Shown here: positions 39,373-52,432 of the stretch, piece by piece
How the letters are laid out: each line of letters starts with the position of its first letter
How positions within the stretch are numbered: the stretch's first letter is position 1
Assembly: GCA_965644295.1 (NCBI GenBank)
Contig: CBFFRP010000134.1
Coordinates: forward strand, 222,294 to 286,293
Length of the DNA: 64,000 nt
Reading direction: 5' to 3'
Source of the DNA: Paraphysomonas bandaiensis
Taxonomy: Eukaryota; Protista; Chrysophyceae
Position numbers and translations under genes: made by a program
Notes under the pieces: generated by a model
The model's database searches: none
Seen by the model: only the letters and a program-made list of their open reading frames with translations
Told to the model about the DNA's origin: nothing

Positions 39373-42300
39373 ATGAAAAATAAATTAAAAACTAATCGAA
39401 AAAAGAAAAAAAATATGAAATCATCAAATTCTATTACATCATATACAAGATTAAAGAAGATACAGAGTGTTAGTCCACGTATGAATGGTATACCAAACAA
39501 ACATCAGACATGGACAACTTCAATTTCTGGTCATATGAAAAATAACAAGTAATAAGAGTATAGATCTCCTATTGATGTTGTGATTTCTAATATAATGTTT
39601 TCTAGGTCCAATCCAGAAACTCCACTTAAAATGGATTCTTATATAGAGAATGTACTGAGTAAAGAAATGTCTCTTCTAATTTTAGAAGGCAGGATATCAT
39701 CTCCTGCTAGGTAATATGTTTAATAATTTTGAGTATAATTTGTGATATGTTGTTACTTAGGACCATTGATTTCACTGTTCGTGAGTTTCCCAGCTCGTAC
39801 TACTCATTGAATGTAGTGGTATTGGATACACATCAGAAGTGGGCCGTATATATACCATTCACTGAGGTGGTTGTACATAACTGTACATGTTCGTTATCTA
39901 AATTTTGATCAGGATTTGACTGAGCTGACCCAAATGTGGTGTGTTGCACCACGCTATCAGAACAAGAGACTTATTGGAAACTGGATTCTCAACTGTACTA
40001 ACTTTGAGTTCAGAAATGATACTATTGTTGGTGCGTATTTCGATCACAATAAGTTGAACGATAGGTGTGTATCTGAGTTAGTTAAGTTTATCAACACACT
40101 GGTGGTAAAGGTCCAGGCAGTAGCTAGACGATTTCTTGTGTGTATTCGTATACTGAGAGGACAGTTCCCGACGCCGCACCACTCTAATCAGCAAGGTGAC
40201 AGCCCACAACAGGCAGGCCAGATGAAGGAGCTTTCCAATGAAATAAGTCACAGCCCAGCCACAGACGAAAACAGCTCTATTTCATTGATACATGGCGAAG
40301 ACAACCTGCATTTATCAACGGCACCTGCACAATACCCAACTGCGACCCTTGAAGTTGTAGAGACAGGTGTGCTCTATGCCGCTTCTACTAGTCACCATCG
40401 GGACAACAATACGAATCGACTACTACCTCGTGTGCCTACAAAACCGAAGGACTCAACTTCCAGATCAACACGGCCACGATTCAGGAAAATCCAGCCCCAG
40501 CCCACCGCCCACTCTTCGTGTTTAACAAATTCAGATGCGACACAGTCTCCACCGACCAAACAAAACAAAAAAGAAGTTGTCCTGAACGAACTTCAGAATG
40601 TGCGAAGTGAAATCACCTCTGCAGTGTCAACTGTTCAGCGAGAGTTAATTACAATAAAATCAGATATACAAAAAAAATTGGTTTCCGCTGCACGACCGGT
40701 GGCACCTGTCGGAGATCGTCAACGCTTTACCAAATCTATAGACGATAACGGTAGTGTAGTGTCTCGATACGAAGATGAGGTAAACCAGCTACGATCAGAC
40801 ATGAAGGTGATGCTTGAGCAAATGAAAGAGATGCAGAGGCAGATAAGTGAGAAGCGTAATAAAGATGCTGCTGAGCTAGTTAGGGAAGAGAAAGAAGAGA
40901 TACGTTGCTATGATACAGTTGCTCCTAAAAAACAGTCTGGAATTTCTTTAAATTCCTTTTCATCTTCTGAGATGTCCAATAAACAGCCATTGAAAATTAT
41001 CTCTAGTGGCGTCTCTGACACGGCGCGTAATGCGCGAGCTCTCCTAAGGCAGCCATACAACATGTCGGATGGATTGGAGCATTGGGAGATGCTACGCGAC
41101 ATAGAGGCAGCAAGAATGGATCCTTCCGTAGCCGTACAATCACGTAACAACGAAAAGGAGGCACTCAACCAACAGGCAAGGGTAGATGCTGCTGGGAAAA
41201 TTAAACGAGCAATTATGAAAGTGGCGGCTGTAAAACGGAAGGAGAAACACGCGAAAACTGCGAAATTGAGAGTCAGCTCTCTCCTTGCCATTGTGGTAAA
41301 ATGCAATGATTTAGCGATTCTAAAGAGTGCATATGATACTAGTTTAGAGCTTCGACACGAAATATTATTTGTTCAAACTTGTTCACGGATCAGTAAACTT
41401 CTTGGTACAGCGTCCAAAAAGTCAGAGGACAATACAATTCGATCTATCGTAGATACCGTATTTCCTAATTTTTTTGCATTTGCTTCACTTATCCGCGAAT
41501 TTCCTTCAAATCCATCTCTTCAAAAGGGCGGGCTAGATATCGTGGAAATCGTTGTGTCATGTGAAACTGGTCGAGATTTATTTGAAGAGATTGGAAGTAG
41601 TGGGTATTTGGATTCCCTTATTCTCGTGCTTAGAAATATGTGTGGGTATGAGGACATGTGCTACCAGGCTCTAAAGATTGCGCAATGTTTCGCTCTCAGT
41701 GGTGTGAATCAGAGACATCGGTTAGGCACCAAAGATAATTGTAGAATACTGGGTGAATCCTTGTTAAGATTTTCTTCTGTGTTCGGCATGATTCAAATGG
41801 TCGTCAAACTGCTGTCCTTACTGTGTAAGGACTCTCCTATGATACTGGATAGAATGGGTGAGGCTGGTGTGTGCGAGCTGGTGTTAGAAGCAATGCGGGC
41901 TCGTACTTTTGACTTTGTTGCCATTGGTGCATTGTCTAAAGTAGCTTTCAAATTATGCTATAATAACCACCTCGAAAATCGGAAACGCTTGGGAACTACA
42001 GATGCATTCGGTGTATATATGGACTGCTTACTTGCCAGTCGAGTAAAAAACGCATCAGCTTTTAAACAAATAAGTATGCTAGTTATGGCAGTATGCAATA
42101 AAAATGATGATATTACGCAAGGGGTTCCGACAACGCGATTAACTATGACCAGTAAAACTATTCTTGAAGACGATAATGTTGATGACGATGTCATCAAAAT
42201 TTTGCTGACACTGCTGTACAGCTTTTGCTCTTGTTCTCAACTTCAAGGTAAATTAGTAGCCGCAGGACTCAACCAAATTCTCGTAGATGTTCAAAACTCG

Positions 42301-44358
42301 AATCACAATTCCGACATATTACGTGTGGCGACGCTTTCATACCGTCGACTCATGGGCTTATCCCGTCAGAACTCTATTCGAAGTGCGAGGACGCTCTCTG
42401 TGGGGTCCAGTCGGTCGGAAGTTCTGACTGAACAAACAATTTCCCATTCCGTGGATGTGGACAATCGAATTTCTCCTCCTGTAACACAAACTAACACTGA
42501 GTCAAGTGGAATTGTGGAATCTGGAAGTACTCCCAGATTAGAGGACCATACAGAATTGGATATGCAATCAGGACAACTACATCCGAAGACTTCTGTGAGT
42601 GAATATGCTGAATGTGATGTGAAATTGCAAAAAATGGGGTCGGTTTCCACGTGTAGTGAAAGCATTTTCCCACGAGCATCACAACCATCTCAAGTAGAGG
42701 AGAGTACGGATGTCGGCGTCCCTACAAACGACACACTTAATTCGATTACCAAGGCATCGAAAGAAGAGGATGATAATGCAGAAATCAGGTTAGGTAGCCA
42801 CGATCATATGCCCCGATACGAGGTGAACGACAGACATTCTGAGTCAAACTCTTCGACACTGGTCACACCTATGGATAACAAGCACGTCGAAGTAGTAGAA
42901 ACAGAGAGCGCTTCTCCAACGACTTCAGCTGCTGTTGTGAAGAAAGATGATATCGAAGCTACGCCACCGAATTCGAGCCCTATAGTGCAGAAACAACGAA
43001 GAATTGTAGATAGAAACTCTTCTGTTATATCGTCATCTGACGAAGCTTTCAATGAGATGCCAATACTACAACCTGATGTCGATGATGAACAGCATCGACA
43101 GCTTCGAGAACGCGAAGAAATTATTGGGAGCCAATTGAAGAAGAACGAAGATATTGGAAAGGTACGTAATGCAGTATACAAAGTCGTTGACAAGCAGAGG
43201 ACTGAAAAGCATTCTGGGACAGCTAAATTGAGGCTAGCAACTCTGATTAGTATTATTGATAACTCATCTGAGAGCGAAATTATTATGGAATCCCTTGAAG
43301 TATCACTCGAACTGAAAAATGTAGTGTTGGCGAGAAAGGCAATAATCAGAGTCAATAATCTAATTCGAGGGGCTAGAGTGAATAACGAGTCCTCAGATTT
43401 ACTTGTCCATCTTTTTAAGAAGCACAGACACATTGTTAGACTTGTATCAATGTTTGTTGACAATGTCGAGGTTATACTTCATGGTTTCGAAGTTTTTGTG
43501 CGTATGAGCTATGTGAACGGTGCGATGGAAATCCTTGGATCGAGTGGTCTGATTAAAGTGATGTACATTTCTCTCAATCGTCACTATGCGAATCATAACG
43601 TGTGCGCTGCTGCTTTAGCCCTCGGTGTAAGGCTGACTAAGAAAAGCCCCAGCAATAAGAAGCGTGCGGCATCCCTCGGCACCTTCAAAATATTGGTTAA
43701 ACTCTTAGAGTACCACATAGATACCCATGATATTGTGGATAAGATTTCTAGACTTGTGTGTAATTGTATTGAGGGCATGCCACTCAATCAGAATTTATTC
43801 CGGGAGGTGGGAGGCTGCGATGTTCTCATGAACACATTTACTCGTGCGCCGACGGATTTCGAAAATATTGAGATTGTTTCCAGGCTGATAATGAACCTTG
43901 TGACCTTGAACAATTCTGATAATCAGAAAGCGTTCGGAACTAAAGAAAATTTGTACAAGTTTGTTGATGTATTGAAAAAATGTTTATCAGATTCGAATGT
44001 GTTCAAGACTGTGTCTATCACCACTTGCCGGGTATATAGTCAAGTTGATGAAGATCTTATATCTTGTGATGTTCCGGAAGTGATATGCTCCTTAGTTGGG
44101 GAGTATAATGCATGTGATCATAAGAATCCTGATGTTCTTTATTCTATTATTATGATGGCATCGTATTTTGTGAACAAAACTGCGCTGCGACCTCACTTTG
44201 TGTCTTCGAGATTGTCAACTTTGCTGTTACCGTTCACCGAGAAAGATAAGTGGTCAAAAAAGATTCGAAAGAGTTCGATAAGTGTGATTAGGAACATGCG
44301 AGATGCAAACCAACAATTATCTCGAGGAAATACCATCGCTTCTACCGATTCTATGTAG
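39373..44358 (+). CDS. Large IQ-motif / coiled-coil / armadillo-repeat protein
   Basis: 1495-aa final ORF plus three short upstream exons; IQ-like VKVQAVARRFLVCIR; ARM-like repeats (RMGEAGVCELVLEAM, LFREVGGCDVLMNTF). Confidence 0.8.
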
Positions 44359-44659
44359 TGTATATATGTTATTGCTAATATGTAGTATCATATATTGTTC
44401 ATAGTAACTAGTCATAACTGTATACATTTTTTAATTATTAAGCAATGATTTCATTCAGTTGTACGAAAAGTTCCTAAAGTATTATCCCTTTGTTATCTCA
44501 AAAAAGTTATTTTTTGACCTCATTTTGGCTCAGACATTCAACTTCAATATTCGATTCAACACAAGCTCTCTTCTATCTTAATACAGTCATTTGTATGTGA
44601 TTTCATTGTATTACACATTTTTACACATTAAACCACAGTGATGAGTCAACTATCCAAAG

Positions 44660-45267
44660 CTGATCTTCAAACACTCCAAGTTGACCTTGAACACGAGCTT
44701 GTTGACCTCCGACGTTTGTACATCATTTGACGAACGTATCATAAGGCACCCGATTGTCGAGCATCACCTGGGCGACATTTCTGGTATTATTCATAACGCT
44801 GCTTTTAAAAATTCAGTCGTGAAGATTCCATGTGGCAACGAAGCCGTAACTCGGACGGAAATGGATCAAATAATTTTACTCAATGAGGATGAAGAAGATT
44901 ATGACAGTGCGACTCTAGTTCCAAATGACGTTTCATTGATGGTAGTAGGTAGCGGAAGCGAGCAAGACTTAACCAGCAAACTCGTTACCGCAGCATGAAG
45001 CACTTGCATGCCGCAACTAATAAGGTTGAAAGGTGTTGTTCAGTAGAGCAAAGATTGTTTTGATGGGTTTGCGCAAGGGCTTGACTCCTCCTCGACACTT
45101 AAGAGCTACTTATGCTTTTACGCAATGAATAGTCGCCTCTGGAATGATTTGAAAGTTAAGGTAGTATTGTTATTTTGGCAGCTAGTGTATTTTAGTTCTA
45201 TAAGATTGCAATAATTGAAATTGAGACCAGCAAGTAACAATTGTGTTTATAATTGACTACAACCCTG
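44660..45267 (+). mobile_element. Truncated hAT remnant related to the 4471 element
   Basis: HPIVEHHLGDISGIIHNAAF... parallels HPIVERHLGDSAAIIHNAAF; ends in gactacaaccctg, a CAGGG-type terminus; no left end seen. Confidence 0.8.
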
Positions 45268-45305
45268 AGTGCAAGTGATTATTATTATCGTTCCTCAAGC
45301 TTAAG

Positions 45306-46981
45306 CAGGGCCTGGTAACCATCAATGGCCCATTAATGGTAGTCCAGTTCCCGGCAATTATAAATGGCATTAATGAAACTGTCCTGGCAATTTCTTAAAG
45401 TAGATAATACTGCTCATAATAGATAGTGTGGTGCTCCCTTGTTAATTAATAATTTTTAATTAAATAAAAAACTACGAATTGTAACTACTTCTCGCTCTCC
45501 ACTGGCACATAAGGATATTCTTGCAGGGCTTCATGGAGGAAGTATACATTATGCAAATGTGGGAATTTTACGATATTTTGGGAAATTTAGGAGTATTTAC
45601 AGTATTTTAGTAGAAATACTCCTAAAAACGTGGAAAAAAAATCCACGATTGCATAAATGTTTACTTAGGGTCTAAGCATCCCACAATATGTAATTGTCTC
45701 GTAGAAATAGTAACAATAACTCTAGACGATATAGATTCATGTTTCTACGCTCAGGCGTCATAATCAACTTTGCACGACTAAAGAGCCTCTCAACAACTTT
45801 AGATTGTGCTTCAATATGAAGCAATTTGCGGTAGTTGGACTCATAGATACCAAGTCGAGCTCTCTTGTTGGTTACCTCGACGCTGTCCAGAACACACTGT
45901 GCAAAATCAATTGCTTTACTCCTCGAAAATTTCTGTCGGGTGCACCAATATCAGTGGGTGAATCCAGTTGCACATGTCTAACTGCTCTTCTCTCATTGCC
46001 TGTCAACTCGCTTTCATCGTTCCCTTGAATTTTAGCCATTCTCAAAATTCGCGCTGGCAACAATGCTTTCATTCAGGGAAAGGTATGAGTGCAGTTCTGG
46101 AAATTCTTGTAGCAGTATGTCAACTAACTAGCGGGCTTGGTACAAATTGGTTCTATCTCTTTGTAAGGCATGATTCACACAAGTCGTGTAACCTCGCTTT
46201 ATATCTTGTTCAAGGAGATCATTGCCCAACGATTCTCTGAATCCACTCGGAAGAAGACTCTGTAAATTACACTGCCATCGAGCCATCGTCGTTCCTTAAT
46301 ATAAACTGTATGGTGTAACTACAGAGTATACACAGTTTGCTTCTTTTAGTTAGCATTTCTATGCAGGGATAGGGAACAATATATTGCAATACTATTGTTA
46401 GATAGCGTTCCATCAATAGTATTGATGGAATTTTTAAACCGGTCCTACAATACAATTACAATATATTGCAATATATTGTCAATGTATTGCAATATATTAG
46501 TATGACTACTCAGTAGGTAAACACATCCATAGATTTCATTTTTAGTATTAGTCATTAAGATCACATGACAACCAAACCAACTGCTGCTTATAGCTACTAA
46601 AAATCCACCTCGTCCTCATCCTCTGAGGTGAAATATGCATATTTTCAATGGCTTTTTAAAAGAGTTTGTGGGTATATGAGTACGTTGCTATTGATGTTGC
46701 TCAGGAAACTATTCTCTAACTCTGGAGAGCATTGGGAAGATAATGAATAAAGTTGCCGCAAAGTACCTGTAGAGTTACATGAACATTGTTGTCTAATAAT
46801 GTTTAGAGTTTCTTCGAAGTATAGAGGAGATACTATATTATCTTAAAACACTCAATTCTATATATAGCAGTACATGTCATTAATGGGGTGCCATTAATGG
46901 TAGTGCAGTTCCCGGCAATTAAAATGGCATTAATGAAAATATCCCGGCAATTATAATGCCATTACCATTACCAATATACTA
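45306..46981 (-). mobile_element. Degenerate hAT element containing a nested hAT fragment
   Basis: Begins cagggcctggtaacc; block ccattaatggtagt..cagttcccggcaatt occurs near both ends; minus-strand remnant KIQGNDESELTGNERRAV...SKVVERLFSRAKLIMT...FLRDNYILWD. No TSD found, so the right boundary is uncertain. Confidence 0.6.
46364..46627 (-). mobile_element. Right-end fragment of the 21796-22919 hAT family
   Basis: Starts with the identical TIR cagggatagggaacaatatattg and follows the reverse complement of about 22645-22919. Confidence 0.85.
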
Positions 46982-48088
46982 GGTTTTCAACATCATTATC
47001 ATTAGGATAAGCTACGATTTAACGTAAGGATAATAATAGAACGTGAGACATATACGCGAGGTTAAATATAACTATATATGATAAAAATGAATACTATGTA
47101 TAACGCATTGTCTTATTTTTGAGGAAATAAGGGTTTCCAGTTTTGTTCCCCATTAACACAACATCATATCTTTGTGAATTTACAGTGTTTATAGGAACAT
47201 GTTTCTATTAGCTTTAGATACATGTGTCGATCACACAACAGTATATATATATAAGATCTCTATTAGCATCTACGCCTGTCTGACACCTCCACTTGATTAG
47301 ACAGTAGTTGAACTGCTATTACTAGAGTAGGTACTAGTTGTTCAGGGCTATGTATTATACAGAGACGGCTCATTGATCAGCTGTGTTCATATCCCTCGGA
47401 CAGTCATGTGACCATCTCTTCCATATCAGATCAATGCTTTACTCATATACATACAGCAGATAAGTTCTTGTGATCAACTACAAGTAGATATGATACATCT
47501 CATAGTATTATTCCATTACATTGAAAGTAATGTACAGTGTAAGTAATGTAGAGTATGTAGAGTATGTAGAGTGGTCTCTATTTAAGATATAAGCCTCTGA
47601 ACTTATCCATGTATGTATATATAATTACATATAAATCCTACCTTTTCAACCCTAGGTTTTCAAAAAAGGTAGGATTTTCTATGGTTTTGTAGTTGTTTTT
47701 TATTGTGTTACGAACAATGTGTGTAAAAAGTAAGGATCAGTTTGACGAATACTGAGGAAAAGCTTGAAAAATACTGGAAAAGTGAGGAACACTCTCTTGT
47801 ACACCAGCAGTATACCTACAGCAGTATATGGTCTGTTCAAAACGTAATAAATACATTTATAATCATTTTTTATATCTAAAAAGTGCGTTTTTTCATAATA
47901 AGTGGGATATGCTGCTGGATCTTTATCCTTTGTACAGCAATATATAGCTATGACTATATGGACTAACGGGGTTTCTATAAGAATATTCTACTGCTGTATA
48001 ACAGCACAGCGTAATGATCTTCTTGCTTCACTGAATCACGCATTCATATATATATACATACATATATGAGGGTTAGTAAGTAATAGAT

Positions 48089-49762
48089 ATGGGAGCAAGT
48101 GGTTCTGTAGCTTCACCATTGCTATTAGATATGGATACATCTGTTAGTACACCCATTAAACAACCCCCTTCATCAGTAAAACCAGCAGATATTAAATCTA
48201 ATAGACATACAACTGATACTGTATTTCCATCAGAGAAATTAATTATAACATACTCAAGAGATCCTCATTCTTTTACAAATTTATTACAAAATAAAATTCA
48301 AAATGATGGTATATCGTGTGATGATCTGAAACAACATATAAAAGATATATGCCACACTGCTAAAGGTAATAAAAGAGATATAGAGATTCTAGACATTAAT
48401 CATATCTAATATACAGTCCCTGACAAAGATATTGATGACTTTATTGAGATAAATGGCTTCTCGGATGGGGCATGTTCGATTTCAGATGTTATAAAGTATA
48501 TACTTACTGCCTATGTCTTGCAAGGATTATTCATATAATACACAGGGCATTTGATAGACAAATGAATAGGTTACTGGAAGTTCAGTCAAAGAGCTTCAAC
48601 GCAACGTCATATAACAGAGAAAAGATATTAAATGTGCGTGGATACATTGCTCTTGTTCTGGAATAACTCAGTGATATATAGAATGCGAAGGAGGCTGTTA
48701 TGTCCCGCACTGCTGCCATTGAAACTTTAATAAAACAAACACAGCTGAATAATTTGACGAAATCCTATAAGACAGACCCAGTTTCATTTGCGAAAAGGCT
48801 GCATGCGGCCAGTGAGGATGCATTCAATTCTCTCTCGAAAGGTAGATCCATTTAATCTCTGCAAAATAAAGCGTTCTTCATCTGATGTAATATTCAGAGG
48901 CCCTTATAAGTACACTTATGTCATACGTGCCTGATGCAACTGAAGAAGACGTAACGAGTACTCTGGTGTGTGTACATGCACTGCATTGTCAGCTTCACTC
49001 TAAATATCTGTACAGAATAAATACGAGGCCAAATACGGAGCAAAGTCTGATATTATCGACATTAATTTGTTTTTAGAATTTCTTGAGCAAACAGTTAACT
49101 CAGCTCTCAGAGCAGAAAAACGTCTTCCTATCGAGCGAGAACGGTTGGATGGCGAGAGAAAATTAGCTCAGCGAATTGAAGAGCGATACAAGAAAGTAAC
49201 CGAATTGCTAAAGAAGGCGGAGCTTGACTCCATCACCTCACTCTACACGTATAAATATATCTGTATGGCATAGGTATTTATTGACGTACCGTTGTACTGA
49301 TCAGACTGGAACCAGCAGCTTTCCAAGCAGATCTCGCAAGAGCCATGCAGGGCAGAAAGAACATCCCGTGCGGTAAGTTTCACCATCACCGAAAATAAGT
49401 TGGAGATTTAAGTTTGGTGTCTTTATGCAGACGAGTTCCAGGATATTATCCGGTGCGTTGCTAGGGATTCAACTGTGACTGATATTGAGCAGCTGTGGGT
49501 AATAGATGCTTTCTGCACATGTATTTGTGTAATTTAGTACAGGTGGATGCTATGGCGAAAGCTAACAAAAATTCGAGTGATGTACCTATAAATTCCGTAT
49601 TATCCGTGCTAAAATCACGTCATATCGCTGCCCTTGATATATTTAAGGCCGCGCGTAACGAAGACGCTCTTCTGGTGAGTAGAAATCTACATTTTAAAGT
49701 ATCTTATTTCATACGAATATTATCAGTGTAAAGAGGCAGCAAATTCGTGTGCTCGGAAATAG
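48089..49762 (+). CDS. Hypothetical helical protein with predicted N-myristoylation (MGASGS); about 10 exons
   Basis: Chain of short ORFs separated by GT-AG introns of about 50 nt; MGxxxS start; exon junctions not all verified. Confidence 0.65.
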
Positions 49763-50283
49763 TAATAGCACAAGATCTCCAGTTTACATGTTTATATCGC
49801 TATGATATATGATATAAACGGTCTGGAGATAGGCATTAATGTTATGTTGTGAAAATAGCAGATTCCAAGGGATATGCGCAATTTTTGTAAATTGTATACG
49901 TGCATACCAGCTGTACTTAATCATATGTAGACTATAATACACAGAAAGCTTATGATTTTAGGGAGCAGATGGTTCGAAACTATGATTAACAATAATTAGA
50001 TGATAAATTCGTTGTGGACCAGGCATTATTTGTATTCTTCAGTATTCAGATGATAGAATGGCAAAACTATGCCGAAGATTTGTTTCTCTGCATACAACAT
50101 TGCTGTGTAACCCTAATCGGATCCAGTCAGTTCAAACTTCAAACGACCTACTACCCAAAAATATATTCACCGACTGTAGCACATATATTGAGTATATAGT
50201 AATTTTTATCGGCAACGATACCAGCACTAATACAACACAGTAGACAAATTCACCAGTCTCCACATAAACTTAAACGGCTATTT

Positions 50284-51137
50284 CTATCGCATATCTACGG
50301 AAAGTACATGCCGAACATGGTCTCCACCGCGGTCCGGAAGACCTATCGCTGACACAACTTTGACCCAATCTTCCACTTTCGACGGGTGTAGCATCTAAAG
50401 AGGCAATACAACAGTATTAGTGAAAATAAGCTATAAATATAAAACAATAAGTATAATTATTGAAAAGGATTGGTTGTATAGAAAATATTCATAGCATTGA
50501 CAGGAGGGAATACTGGGATCATACTGACCTTAAAGTCTATGCTGCGTCCATTTTTGAAGTCCATTGTGAAACACAATTCTGATGGATGGCGACCATCAAG
50601 AAAGCTAGACCTCGCAGGCGGACCAATCACTACACTTGACAATTCACTGAGCTTGATTCGTTTATGGGGGCTTGACCTGTCAGGAACTTTGCACCTATGA
50701 TACAAAGGAAAAGCAAAACAGTTAAACCACACAAAGTAAAGCTGCAACAACCCTAGTACCAATGAACTGTATTATCAGTTAGATCAATCCAGACATATCG
50801 TTTCTTAAAAAATAACTCATCACTGAACTTTTTCAATGCCCATTCTGTGATATGATCAGAGTAACCACTTGTATACTAGTTATATATATATATACTCACC
50901 TCCTTCAAATATGGACTTCGATTTAATACCATACGATTGTGAGGCTCTCTCAGCTGCACCTACAATAAATGAAGGTCGTCTAGGATCCCCCATTGTGAAT
51001 GATATGAATGAACTCGCGTCAATGACATCCTGCGATGTATTATGTTATATATAGGGATATGTATACGTATATAGAGGGATATAAACATCTCTTACATCGT
51101 TAGTTTTCCGGTCATTTTCTTTCCCAAAGTGAGACAT
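50284..51137 (-). CDS. Small PH-domain protein; 5 exons
   Basis: Spliced: FEGEWALKKF...FKKRYVWIDL...VHWCK...KRIKLSELSSVVIG...LCFTMDF..GRSIDFK...VEDWVKVV, a PH fold pattern with the C-terminal Trp. Confidence 0.7.
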
Positions 51138-51792
51138 TTGCTATGAGATAATATTTCTGTAATTGTCAATGCAATCAATTGCATGGAAGACTCCATCATT
51201 CATACATAGCAATGTGCGTATATAATGCCTTTACATACATATATATACATACTGCTGTATATACATACCATATAAGGATACTGCTGCTAATACTGTCACC
51301 TATTGCAGTAGATTTGCTTCCTTGAAAAGTCGTCGTTTTTAAATGAAAAGTGAAAAAAAGTGACGATTTAATGAAAAAACGATGACTTTTGCACTTTGTA
51401 CCCTTAATCCCCTCTCTGTCTTCGACATCTATAGAACACTTGTACTATATACACATTATACGTAGCAATTCTATTGCAATATCATGTAGAAAAAATTGTT
51501 ATTTTCTATATAAAAACCGGATATTTATAGAGATATTTCGAGATAACTAGATATCCCTCTCAAAGGATCCAGAAAAGGGCATCATGGAGTTGAAGGAATA
51601 TGCCACGCATGTATCTATACATCCCTATACATACCCCTCTACATCTCTATATAGAAGCATCATCTACCTGCATTAACCCTCTATATATCTACCCCTTGAC
51701 CATTATATCACATAAATACATCTGATATTACGGTTTGACACTTATCTACCTATCATCATACTATACCAGCTAACAACAGCCACTATCTACTC

Positions 51793-52432
51793 ATGGTAAG
51801 CCTCTACTATACCCCCCTCTATCCCCCTACATATGCATACATATATAACACACTTATATATACAGATACAAGTCAAAAAGATTGAGAAAGAACCTGTACC
51901 AGAAACACATAAGAAAGCAGCAGAAATTACACTTCATACTCCGACCAAGAAAGTCCTGTTTTCCCCGACTCCCCCCCGTATAATAACAAGAGAGACTGTA
52001 GATAAGGAACAACAGACAGATGAAACACTGAATCCAGTCAATAAATCATCAGGATCATCTCCACGTAGTCCTCTGTCGACAATATCTGTCTCATCAACAT
52101 CATCTCGACCGAGAGCACTGTCTTTGGATATGCATTTTCCGCCTCACTCGCAGTATAGTCAAGCCCGTGCCAGTACCGAAATGATGCGCCATCGAATTGC
52201 CTCACAGACAATTGGAGGACAAATAATCTCATCATCAAACTCTACCAAGTCAACTTCTCCTCGAGTGAGAGCTTCTTCTGATGACGATATTCATATTCGC
52301 TCGGCGAATAGTCAAGCCCGTGCAAACGCAGAGATGTACCGCCACCGAATCGCGACGAACACACTAGGAGGATTTTGGGAGGGTCTTTGGGCATGTGCAG
52401 CATGTGGAACTGAAGAAGATGCGGAGCAGTGA
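51793..52432 (+). CDS. Hypothetical S/P/T-rich protein with a duplicated 21-aa motif
   Basis: ATG at 51793 followed directly by intron gtaagc...tacag (51796-51865), then an open frame to TGA at 52432. Confidence 0.7.

Noticed and set aside
40908-43787. Antisense ORFs inside the ARM gene (and similar ones inside other long CDSs)
   Set aside because: Shadow frames of real coding strands with no independent features.
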